A stretch of 64,000 nucleotides of DNA from Cetorhinus maximus. Taxonomy: Eukaryota. How positions within the stretch are numbered: the first letter of the stretch is position 1; each line of letters starts with the position of its first letter. A program made the position numbers and the translations under genes. The notes beneath the pieces were generated by a model that saw only the letters and a list, made by a program, of their open reading frames with translations, did no database searches and had not been told where the DNA came from. Below are positions 33,031 to 45,000 of the stretch, piece after piece. The stretch is from contig NW_027597375.1 of the NCBI RefSeq assembly GCF_964194155.1, forward strand, positions 1 through 64,000, read 5' to 3'.

Positions 33031-36000
33031 GTGGCAGAACTATTCTGCTGTGGGACTCAGGATCCCGGGAACCAGATTCATCGCATTTAAAGTCCCATTG
33101 AAAAAGGTACAGAAAGTGATCAGAAATGCTAATGGAATGTTGGCCTTTACATTTGAAATACAAGTTATACTTCAGCTATACAAAGCCCTGGTCAAACCAC
33201 ACCTGGAGTTATGAGCAACACACCTTACGAAGGACATATTGGTCTTGGAGGGACTGCAGTGTAGATTTACCAGAATAATGCCTTGATTCCAAGGGTTAAA
33301 TTATGAGGAGAGGTTACCCTACCCAAATTAGTGTTGTATTCCCCAGAATTTAGAAGGTTATGGGGTGATTTGATCAAAATTTTCAAGATATAGGGAAAGG
33401 ATAAGGTCAATAGAGAGAAACTATTTCCACTGGCTGGGGAGTTTAGGACTTGAGGGGCACAGTCTAAGAATTAGACCCAGACCTTTCAGGAGTGAAATTA
33501 GGAAACACTTCAACAGACAAAGGATAGTAGAACAAAAACAGAATTACCTGGAAAAACTCAGCAGATCTGGCAGCATCGGTGGAGAAGAAAAGAGTCGACG
33601 TTTCGAGTCCTCATGACCCTTCAACAGAACTGTTGTTAGTTCTGTTGAAGGGTCATGTGGACTCGAAACGTCGACTCTTTTCTTCTCCACCGATGCTGCC
33701 AGACCTGCTGAGTTTTTCCAGGTAATTCTGTTTTTGTTTTGGATTTCCAGCATCCGCAGTAGTTTTTTGTTTTTATCAAAGGATAGTAGAAGTTTGGAAC
33801 TCTCTTCTGCAAGTGCAGTTGATGCTAGATCAATTGTTCATTTTAAACCTGAGATTGATAGATTTTTGTTATCCATAGGTATTAAGGTATACAGGAAAGG
33901 TAGGTATGTGGAGTTAGGTCACAGATCAGCTGTGACTTCATTGAATGGTGGAACAGACTCGATGGGCTAAATGGTTTCTGCAATTATATACTGTGTATTC
34001 TGCAAGTATATGAAATGGGAATGTTTTTCTCTGAGGGTAATCAGTCTGTGAAATTCTCTTCCACAGAGAACAGTGGAGGCTGGGTCATTGAATTTATTCA
34101 AAGCTGAGTTAGACAGATTTTTGATCGAGAAGGAATTCAAGGGTTGTGGAGGGCAGACAAAGTGGAGTTAAGACCACAATCCAATCAGCCACGCTCTTAT
34201 GGAATGGTGGAGCAGAACTCGAAGGGCCGAATAGCCTACTCCTGCTCCTAAGTACTATGTTCCTAAGTTCCTAAAGTTGGTTCCTCAGAGGATCTAAGGC
34301 TGAGGGGCATGTTAGTGGGGTGGTAAAAAAGGCATATGGGACACTTGCCTTTATCAATCGAGGCATAGATTACAAAAGTAGGGAGGTCATGTTGGAGTTG
34401 TATAGAACCTTGGTGAGGCCACAGCTGGAGTACTGTGTGCAGTTCTGGCCGCCACATTATAGGAAGGATGTGATTGCACTGGAGAGGGTGCAGAGGAGAT
34501 TCACCAGGATGTTGCCTGGGATGAAACATTTAAGTTATGAAGAGAGGTTGGATAGACTTGGGTTGTTTTCATTGGAGCAGAGAAGACTGAGGGGCAACTT
34601 GATTGAGGTGTACAAGCTTATGAGGGGCATGGACAGGGTGGATAGGGAGCAGCTGTTCCCCTTAGTTGAAGGGTCAGTCACAGGGGGCATAAGTTCAAGA
34701 TGAGGGGCAGGAGGTTTAGGGGGGATGTGAGGAAAAACTTTTTTACCCAGAGGGCGGTGACGGTCTGGAATGCACTGCCTGGGAGGGTGGTGGAGGCGGG
34801 TTGCCTCACATCCTTTAAAAAGCACCTGGATGAGCGCTTGGCACGTCATAACATTCAAGGCTATGGGCCAAGTGCTGGTAAATGGGATTAGGTAGGTAGG
34901 TCAGGTGTTTCTCATGTGTCGGTGCAGACTCGATGGGCCGAAGGGCCTCTTCTGCAATGTGATTCTGTGAAAGTAAGATTTAAGGTAATTGGCAAAAGAA
35001 GCAATGGTGACATGAGGAAAAATGTTTGCACATAGCAAATGGCTAGGATTTGGAATGCACTGCCTGAGAGTTAGTAGAGGCAGATTCATTCAAAGCATTC
35101 AAGAGGGAATTGGATTGTTATCTGAAAAGGAAGAATGTGCAGGGCTCTAGGGAGAAGGCAGGGAAGTGGCACTAGGTAAATTGCTTCTACAGAGAGCCAG
35201 TGCAGACACGACAGGCCAAATGGCCTCCTGTGCTGTAACAATTTTGTGGTTCTGTAATTAGTGGATGCCACAGGGATCAGTGCTGAGTCCTCAACTATTT
35301 ACAATCTGTATTAATGACTTGAATGAAGGGACAGAGTGTATTGTAGCCAAATTTACTGATGATCCAAACATAGACAGGAAAGCAAGTTCTGAGGAGAACA
35401 CGAGTTTGCAAAGGGATTTAGAGAGGATAAGCGTGTGAGCAAACATTTTGCAAGTGGAATTTAATGTGGGAAAATGTGAGGCTATCCACTTTGGTAGACA
35501 GGATAAAAAGCAGAATATTCTTTTAATGCAGAGAGAGTAGAGAATGCTGTGGTACAGGCAGATCTGTATATGAATCACAAAAAGTTAGCTTGCAGATACA
35601 GCAAATAATTAGGAAGCGTTATGACCACTGGAGGTCATTGAGAAGAGGCTACCCAAATTAGGGTTGTATTCCCTAGAATTTAGATGGTTATGGGGTGATT
35701 TGATCAAAGCTTTCAAGATACAGGCAAAGGATAAGGTTGATGAGAGAGAAACTATTTCCACTGGTTAGGGAGTCTAGGACTAAGAGGCACAGTCTAAAAA
35801 TTAGACCCAGACCCTTTAGGAGTGAAATTAAGAAACACTTCAACACACAAAGGGAGGTATCATTCTAGTAAATCTACGCTGCTGGAGTTAAATGCTGCAC
35901 AAACCAAATCCCAGAGGGAAACTTGGCTTATGGGTTGCAACTTTTTTGTATTCTGATGATGAGAAAACGACATACTGATCTCAGCAGTAAGAGATCCAGT

Positions 36001-39000
36001 AACACTTTTGGGTTTTTGTAAATTTTTAAAATTATTAACTAGAAAGAAAAGAAAACTTAAGCAAATAAGCTTACACAATTTCAGTTAGGCTTATGAAACA
36101 TTCCTTCAAAACACGCTACTTGGTCAAACCCACAAGTAAAAACTCTCCAGGCAACATTCCTTTATAGATGTTTAGATTTGAAAAAACCAGCAATATCTCA
36201 CAAGGCAAATTGCTGTAGCTTCAATAAAGGTGTACCACAAAAGGAAAATTGTGTTTAGCCAACTTATTGGAATTATTTGAGGAAGTAACATGTGCTGTGG
36301 ATAAAGGGGAACTGGTAGATGTACAGTATTTAGATTTCCAGAAAGTATTTAATAAAGTGCCCCATCAAAGGTTATTGCAGAAAATAAAATCTCATGGTAT
36401 AGGGGGTAACATTGGCATGGGTAGAAGATTGGCTGGCTAACAGGAAGCAGAGAGTAGGCATAAATGCGTCTTTTTCAGGTCGGCAAGATGTAATGAGTGG
36501 TGTGCCACAGGGATCAGTGCTGGAGCCTCAACTGTTTACAATTTAAATAAATAACTTGGACAGTGGGATGGTTGCCAAATTTGCTGATGACACAAAGATG
36601 GGTAGGAAAGTAAGTTGTGAAGAGGACATAAGGAGGCCACAAAAAGATACAGATTAAGTGAGTGGGCAAAGACCTGGCAATGGAGTAAAATGTGAGCAAA
36701 TGTGAAATTGTCCATTTTGGCAGGAAGAATAAAAAAGAACCATATTATCTAAATGGTGAGAGATTGCAGACCTCTGAGGTGCAGAGGGATCTGGGTGTCC
36801 GAGTGCATGAATCACAAAAGGCTAGTATTCAGGTACAGCAAGTAATTAGGAAAGCTAACAGAATGTTATCATTTATTGCAAGGGGGATTGAATACAAAAG
36901 TAGGGAGATTATGCTTCAGTTGTATAGGACACTAGTGCGACCACATCTGGAGTACCATGCACATTACTGGCCACCTTATTTAAGGAAAGATGTAAATGCT
37001 TTGGAAGCAGTTCAGAGAAGGTTTACCGGACCAATACCTGGAATGGGTGGGTTGTCTTAATGAGGAAAGGTTGGACAGACTAGGCTTGTATCCGCTGGAG
37101 TTTAGAAGAGTAAGGGGCGACTTGATGGAAACATTTCAGATCCTGAGGGGTCTTGACAGGGTGGATGTGGAGAGGATGTTTCCTCTTGTGGGAGAATTCA
37201 ACTGGGCAGTGTTTAAAATAAGGGGTCAGCCATTTAAAACAGAGATGAGGCGAAATTTTTTCACTGAGGGTCATGAGTATTTGGAACTCTCTTCCTGAAA
37301 AGGCGGTGGAAGCAGAGTCTTTGAATATTTTTAAGGCAGAGGTGGATAGATTCTTGATAAGCAAGGGGGTTATTGAGGGTAGGTGAGATGCAGACTTCAG
37401 GTTACTGTCAGATAGCCATGATCTTATTAAATGGCAGAGCAGGCTCGAGGGGCCGAATGGCCTACTCCTGCTTCTTGTTTGTTTGTCCACAAGACCTGTG
37501 CCACCTTCCACTTCATGGTATGGAATCCACTTCAGAATACTGCTTGCTGCAGCACAAGAGTTCTCAACAGCTCAGACTCCAGCTTAACAGCTAGACAGCT
37601 ATCTCTCCAGCTCAATAGCTAAAAACCAGCTACCACAGTAACTCTCAAAATCTTTTTTCCCTTTCATCTCATTCCCATTGTTCTCACACCCCTTTGAAAC
37701 TGAAACCCTTCCAAATATAAGATCTTTCATGTTTCCATCTTGTCTTTGCTTTTGGGTCAATAAATGTATAACATTCCCACTACTATTTCCCTATGGACTC
37801 CTTCAAGATGCAAACATTTTTCTCGTTACCTCTGACTCCCCTTTGAAATTCAAACAACCTCTCAACTTATCTAAAAATGCAAATGTTTGATCTAACCTAT
37901 TTACTTGTGCTTCAACTCAGCACCTCTTATCCTTTTCATGTTTCCAACACCCCAGACAACTTGACTGCTATCAAACTTGTCCAGCTTAATTAAATCACAA
38001 ACACACAGACGCAGACATCCAGCTTTCTTTACAGAGTAACACAGTATACCCCAAAATTTAAAAAAAAAACACCCATTCTCACAGAAGGCAAATGGAATGT
38101 TGGCTTTTATTGTAAGGGCGTCTTGTTACAACTGTACAGGACCTTGGTGAGACCACACCTAGAGTACTGAGTCTTGAAGGAATGCTTGTATTGGAGAAGG
38201 TTCACCAGGTTGATTCCTGGGATGAAGTGGTTGTCTTATGAGGAAAGGTTGGGCCTTTACTCGTGGGAGTTACCCTCGCACTGCATCCAGTATGTAATCT
38301 CAGTTCAGTCACCCAATCTCTATTTGACTATTTTGATCTCTAAACATACCTCTCTTGCACACTCAGGCTTCTAAACCCATTCCTCCACTTCCCCACCTTC
38401 CTCTACCTTCACTGTTAATAACAGTCAGACTCTAACTCATTCTCAAGCCCTTAAAATTTTTAACTGTCGCACCGACAGTAGTGTGTACAGTTTTGGTCTC
38501 CTTGTTTAAGGAGGGATATACTTGCACTGGAGGCAGTTCAGAGAAGGTTCACTAGGCTGATTCCTGTGATGAAGGGCTTATCTTATGAAGAAAGGTTGAA
38601 CAGGTTGGACCTTTACCCCACTGGCATTTAGAAGAATGAGAGAAGATGTCATTGAAATATATAAGATTCTGAGGGGGCTTGACAGGGTGGATGTTGAGAG
38701 GATGTTCCCCCTCATGAGGAGTTCTAGGACTAAGGGGTAATGGTTTCAGAATAAGAGGTCTCCAATTTAAGACAGAGGAGGGGGAATTTCTTCTCTGAGG
38801 GTTGTTAATCTTTGGAATTAATTCTCTATCACAGAGCAGTGGAGGCTGGGGTCATTGAATATGTTCAATACTGAGTTAGACAGACTTTTGATCGACAAGG
38901 GGGGGTCAAGTGTCGTGAGGGACAGACAGGTAAGTGAAATTGAGGCCACAGTTAGCTCAGCCATGATCTTATTCAATGACAGAGTAAGCACGAGAGACTA

Positions 39001-42000
39001 CTCCTGCTCCTACTGTTTCTTATGTGCTTATGGCCACCTCCTGCTCTTTTATCTCCATTGCCTCGATGTATGTTTTTTTTTCAGCTGTTCGAAAGACATC
39101 TGCAAGCTGGTGAATTCTTCTCACCGACTGACCTCTTGAGACAGATCAAAGGACAGAGAGAGGAGCTGGGGAAAATCATTGACCTTACCAATACGAAGCG
39201 TTATTATGACCCCAAGGTAAAGTCTTTGCTTTATCCCTTGGCTGACCGGGGCAGGGCGGGGGTGCGACAGGCACAATTACAATTCATGGATTTTGGTCTA
39301 CTGTTGAAGCTAGTGCCAGTTATCAGTGATTGTCCTGATTGAGGGATTTTGCTGACTAGCACCTTAGTCAGGCTCCTCGTTTGGGTTATAGTTCTATTTT
39401 GGTCCTGCTGGCATAGAAATGGCATTTCTTTCTTTTCAATGTGTTGTTTAGAAATCACCTCTAGAAATAATAAATGGAGGTGGGGTGGGGGGGGAAGTAC
39501 GGCACGGAATTTAGAGTTATTTCTGAAAAGTTGTGGGTCAGAGAGATCACTGGTATTGTCTCCAGCAGAAATGTAGTCCCCATTTGCACTAGCAAGGTGT
39601 GAGAGACTGCAGAGGGGAATGATTATTTTTTTGGGCGGGTGTGTGGGGGCAGAAGGTAGTTAGATTAGAGAACCCAGGAGTGCAGAGACAGCCAACACTG
39701 TGAGCAGTTTTTTCAATGAAGTGTAATTGTGGCTGTTTGAAGTTTGAAATATGAACCCTTAGCTGAACAGATCTCCAACAAATGTATGTAGTGTGTTGAG
39801 GAAGCTCTGAGCTGGGTAATTGGGGTGGGGAACAGGGTTGTAAAGTGGGAGAACACACTGCATCAGACAGCATGCAGGGACATCAGTGCTGATCCTATGT
39901 TAGATAATCACACTGAATATGTCTCCACAGGCACACACCCTGTTGCTGTGCCAGTTCATTTTCAAATTATTCTCTGTTGTTGTAGGAGTTGCCAGAGGGT
40001 TTGACCTACGAGAAGATTTTCACTGCCGGACATGAAGTGCCAACTGCGAAAAACATTTTAACATTTAAACAAGCTGTACAAAGCTTCCTGTCGGATAACA
40101 TGGACAATGGTAAGCTCATCCCCTCCCCAACCCCTGCCCCCAGGGGTGAGGTGGCAGGGCCAAGACTTGGTCTTTAATGTCTGATTAAAGGGAAGGGCCT
40201 CAGCCTCTTGCGTGGCTGAATTCATTGATTTTCTCACTTGGAGTGATGAGACTCAAGGTTTGCTTTCTGCCTGTCACATTGTGCTGGTTTCCTCAGCTGC
40301 TGAATGTCCTGGATGCAAGCGGGACACCTTTTGAGACGTTCAACAGCATTTTAAAGTGAATTAAATCCTTTTTTTTGAGGTGTAGTCACTGTCATAATGT
40401 AGGGCAATTTGCCAGTTATATGTACACAGCTAGCTTCCACAAACATCAGTGTGAGAACAAGCAGATAACCTGTTTTTGAAGTAATGCTGGTTGAAGAATA
40501 AATGTTGGCCAGGGTACGGGAAAAAAAACCCCCTGCTCTTCTTTGAATAGTACAGTGGAACCTTTTGCTTCCACTTTGAGGGTGTGGCGCCCGCTGGGTG
40601 CTGCCCCTCTGTAGGTGTGGTGCCCCCTGGGTGCTGCCCCCCTGTAGGTGTGGCGCCCCCTGGGTGCTGCCCCCCCTGTAGGTGTGGCGCTCCCTGGGTG
40701 CTGCCCCCCTGTAGGTGTGGCGCTGCCCCCCCTGTAGGTGTGGCGCTGCCCCCCCTGTAGGTGTGGCGCTGCCCCCCCTGTAGGTGTGGCGCTGCCCCCC
40801 CTGTAGGTGTGGCGCTGCCCCCCCTGTAGGTGTGGCGCTGCCCCCCCTGTAGGTGTGGCGCTGCCCCCCCTGTAGGTGTGGCGCTCCCTGGGTGCTGCCC
40901 CCCCCCCCCCCCTGTAGGTGTGGCGCCCCCTGGGTGTTGCCCACCTGTAGGTGTGGCGCTCCCTGGGTGCTGCCCACCTGTAGGTGTGGCGCTCCCTGGG
41001 TGCTGCCCCCTCTGTAGGTGTGGCGCCCCCTGGGTGCTGCCCCCCCTGTAGGTGTGGCGCTCCCTGGGTGCTGCCCCCCCTGTAGGTGTGGCGCTCCCTG
41101 GGTGCTGCCCACCTGTAGGTGTGGCGCTCCCTGGGTGCTGCCCCCCCTGTAGGTGTGGCGCTCCCTGGGTGCTGCCCCCCCCTGTAGGTGTGGCGCTCCC
41201 TGGGTGCTGCCCCCCCTGTAGGTGTGGCGCTCCCTGGGTGCTGCCCCCCCTGTAGGTGTGGCGCTCCCTGGGTGCTGCCCCCCTGTAGGTGTGGCGCTCC
41301 CTGGGTGCTGCCCCTTGATGTTTTGCGTCGGACCTGAGTCTGACGTCAACATGTTAGAGAGTCTGGATGTTTGCAATCACCCCCCCAGGCATATTATTTC
41401 ATGTACAGGACACTGGGATAGGGGTCAAAGCTTTATGTTGAGCCTTTGTCTTATCCATCTACTTGTAGATAAACTGGTTGGCGTTCACTGCACTCATGGA
41501 GTTAACCGAACTGGCTATCTAATTTGCAGGTAAGTTGTCAGCTGTATTCGTAACCATGTCACTGAGCAAAGAGGAAGTGGCTGAGCAATTCTGTTGCCTT
41601 CCTCCACCTCATTTGATTTTGCAGGAAGGAGCTGCAGCCTTCTTTAGGGTTGAGGGTGCTGCTTATTGGGAGTTAGAGACGGTAGGCCACCCCCCCTCGC
41701 CATCTCCCCTACCCCAATGGTGCTGAGACATCTCATTGCCCACAGCTCATTGAGCTGGTTACAACCGATGTCTGCAGTTATTCTTTGAACTCAACCATTA
41801 TATTTTCTGCTGTCCTGCAGACTTGATCCCTTCGTTTCAGTTGCACCAGGAATCTGTACGTGGGCAAGCTGTCTGATCTGAGTCCCATCCAGACCTCTGA
41901 CATTCACTTTCTGATGTGATCATTAATCAGGGGCAGGTCCCTGTCACACTTGCCCCTCTTTTGCCAAGCAGGGCCGTAGCTCCTTTGCCCACACCCCTTA

Positions 42001-45000
42001 TCGCTAACTCACCCCAAACCAGCGATTGTTTCAGAGACGTTCCCCGTCTTTGGATAAACGAGCTGTTTCACCGGGAACGGAATTTGAGTCGTATACCTCT
42101 GAAGAATCCCTGCTCTTTGTCTGAGTGATTGGAGATTGTACGGTTCCTGTTGGAGCATACCTCAGTTAGTTTAATTCAAGAGATATCTCATGGTCTGAAG
42201 CTGTAGTTTGTGCAGAGTGAGAGTGAGGGGGTCTGGATTCTCACAGGCAACACTAACTGTGCTTTCAATCTTTGAACTGAGCCCTGCCCAGCTAGAACAT
42301 GGTGTTCCCACAGGAAACATTTCACTGTAGTGCCTGTTAAAACATGCTCCTCAGTAAAGTTTGTCTGACACTTTCTCCTCCAGTGTCTTGGATTGGCTAG
42401 CAGTGTCACAATGCTGATTCACTCTGTACCCTGAAACTATTAACCCACCAGCTGTACAATTCCACACTGTTGTTCCAAACTAGGGCCTTGTGTATGGAGA
42501 GAGCAACACTGATGACTGGTGGGGATGGGCAGCATCTGGAAAGGATAAGTTAGCAGTGCTAAATGAAGCTCATGAGGCACACAAACAATTGAATTGGTTT
42601 CTGTGTGTTTTTCTCCAGGTATATTAGTGTGTGGTCTCAGTAAACCAGAGACAGCACTGGCTATGCTAGTGACTGGGTGAAAATGGGAGCCTTGCATTGT
42701 GAGCTTTGACTGTTGACTGAAAGGTGTGCATTCCTATAGCACCTTTCACAACCTCGGAACAGCTCAAAGTCCTCTTCACCCAGTGAAGTACTTTGTGGTG
42801 TCATCACTACTGTAATGTAGGAAATATGGCAGTCAGTTTGCGCACAGCAAGCTTCCACAAGCAGCATTGTGAAAATAACCAGATAATCTGTTTTTCTGAT
42901 TTTGATTCGGGGATAAATATCGGCCAGGACACCAGGGAGAACTCCCTCCTCCTCTTCAGAATAGTGTCATGGGATCTTTTCTGCCCGTCTGAGAGGGCAC
43001 ACGAGGCCTCAGTTGAACATTTCATCTGACGGCAGCACAGGGAGTGGCAGCCTCGATTTTGTGCTGAAGCCTCGAGTGGAATTGGAACCCACATTCTTCT
43101 GACTTGAGTCAAGAATGCTAACCACTGAGCTGCAGCTGCCAACATTCTTGTTTGCAGTTCTCTGATTCTTCTCTCTGGTTTGTTTCAGGTACCTGATCGA
43201 TGTGGATGGGATGGAGCCTCACAGTGCAATAGATTGTAAGCTCTTGGTTTTCACGACTTGGCTTGTCATGGCTGTTGCACTGATTGTCGTTTTAAAATCT
43301 CTTAATCCCTGGTTCTTTCTCTCCAGTGTTCAATAAATCCCGAGGCTACCAAATAGAAAGGCAGAATTACATACAGGATCTACTGCAAGGGCCACGCAGG
43401 AGGTAAGGTCCACTGACTTGGGATCCAAGTGAACAGCAATCTTAATAGCCAGCACTCAGGCTATTCCTGTATCCAGGCTGTATAAGGGTAGTGGCAGAGT
43501 TGCAGTCTGATTCTCACTCAGATTCACTCACTCACTATGACCTTACCCAGTTTTTGCCGATCAAGTTTCTGTACACTAAATGTACACTAAAATAGTTCCC
43601 GGAATGCGAATATATGCCCTGGAGGGCTTTGCGTATTTCAAACGCGTTCCTTTCTCTTTATTGCAGTGAATTTCGCAATGAGAAGATATGTCAGCTCAAC
43701 TTTCTTCTATGTTTAACTTTTTCTGCCATGCAGCAATAAAGGAATTGATGTACCTGCTCCATGCCCAGTTATGAGGCTGAAGGAACCACACAGCCAGCAG
43801 GCCATGTTCAAGCAGCGAGAGAGGTGTGTAACAGTGTGGTCATTCAGTTTGCTTGAACCTGATTTCCTGTAGGTAAAAGCAAAATACTGCGGATGCTGGA
43901 AATCTGTTACCTGTAGGCAATGTGCTGTCAGTTAGGCATGAAATCCTCAACTGTCTGACGACTAATTCCTGATTTGTTTTTTTCCCAATTGCTGGTTTAA
44001 TTTTTTTTTTGTCTGCAACTGTTGGTGATAGTTCTACTTTTCCCATTCACACCTTCTCTGGTCCCACATTTTGTTTATTTTCTGGTCCCATCACTATCCA
44101 CCTTCGCCTTGCACCATCATCGGGCTTTTGTCAATTAATCTCTCCTCAAACTTTCACTTTTGTTCTCCCCTACCTTCCCAGGCGATGCTTAAAACCTGCT
44201 ACATCTCAAAGTACTCCCAGTTCATCAGACCTCAAACATTAACTCTCTGTCTCTCCATTGATGTTGCTGAGTGTTTTCTGTCTTCAGTTCCTGAATGGTC
44301 TGTATGTTGAGGGAGCTGGGTTAACAGTGGGCTGAAATACAGGCATGGTCTGGGCTTTGGGAGTTTGTGGGGATGAATCCAGAGTGGCGGACACAAGTGT
44401 CAGAGATTTGGGGGTACATTGGCACCTCAACTTGGTAAGGCCACTTAACAAACAAAACTATTAGAACCCCGGGCCTTAGGGCAACTGGCATGAAGCGTAA
44501 TAGCCGACGCTTCATGGTGGATGTGTGAAAAACCTTACACGGATCACAGTTTGCCAATCTGTGTGCAATTTTGCACTCTATTCAATAAAAAGGACATTGA
44601 GGCAATCGAGATGGTATAGCGCAGATTCACGTGGGTGATGCCCCGTATGAGGAAATAAAAATATGAAGAAAGACCTGATGTTCATTAAAACAGCGGAGAT
44701 TGTGGGGTGATTTAACTGAGTGGTGAAGGAATGGGACAGAGTGGAAGGAAGCGGTTCCCAGTGGTCGAGGCATCTAGACACCCATTATAAGATGCAGTGC
44801 TAGAGAGTTCAGGACAGAACGGAAGACAATCTCTTTATAAAGAGGGCGGCAAGGCCGCCGAATGAGTTAGTAACCCAGGCAGAGATCACCACCACAATAT
44901 TTAAGAGACAGACATGCTTGAAGGAAGAAGGTGTGTGGCAGGTAAACACCAGCACAGGCTGGCTGGGCCGAATGGCCTGCACCTGCGTTGTGATTCCATT

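Larger units (their letters stand above)
33105..39020 (+). mobile_element. Stack of nested CR1 fragments filling DUSP11 intron 2
   Basis: Multiple CR1 RT/3' pieces (e.g. 34300-34970, 35270-35616, 36241-37486, 38084-39020). Confidence 0.88.

Noticed and set aside
40351-41376. 341-aa minus-strand ORF
   Set aside because: SINE-derived minisatellite lacking stops in one frame
32892-43402. mRNA capping enzyme RNGTT
   Set aside because: Only the triphosphatase domain is present, and the motifs and exon structure match DUSP11
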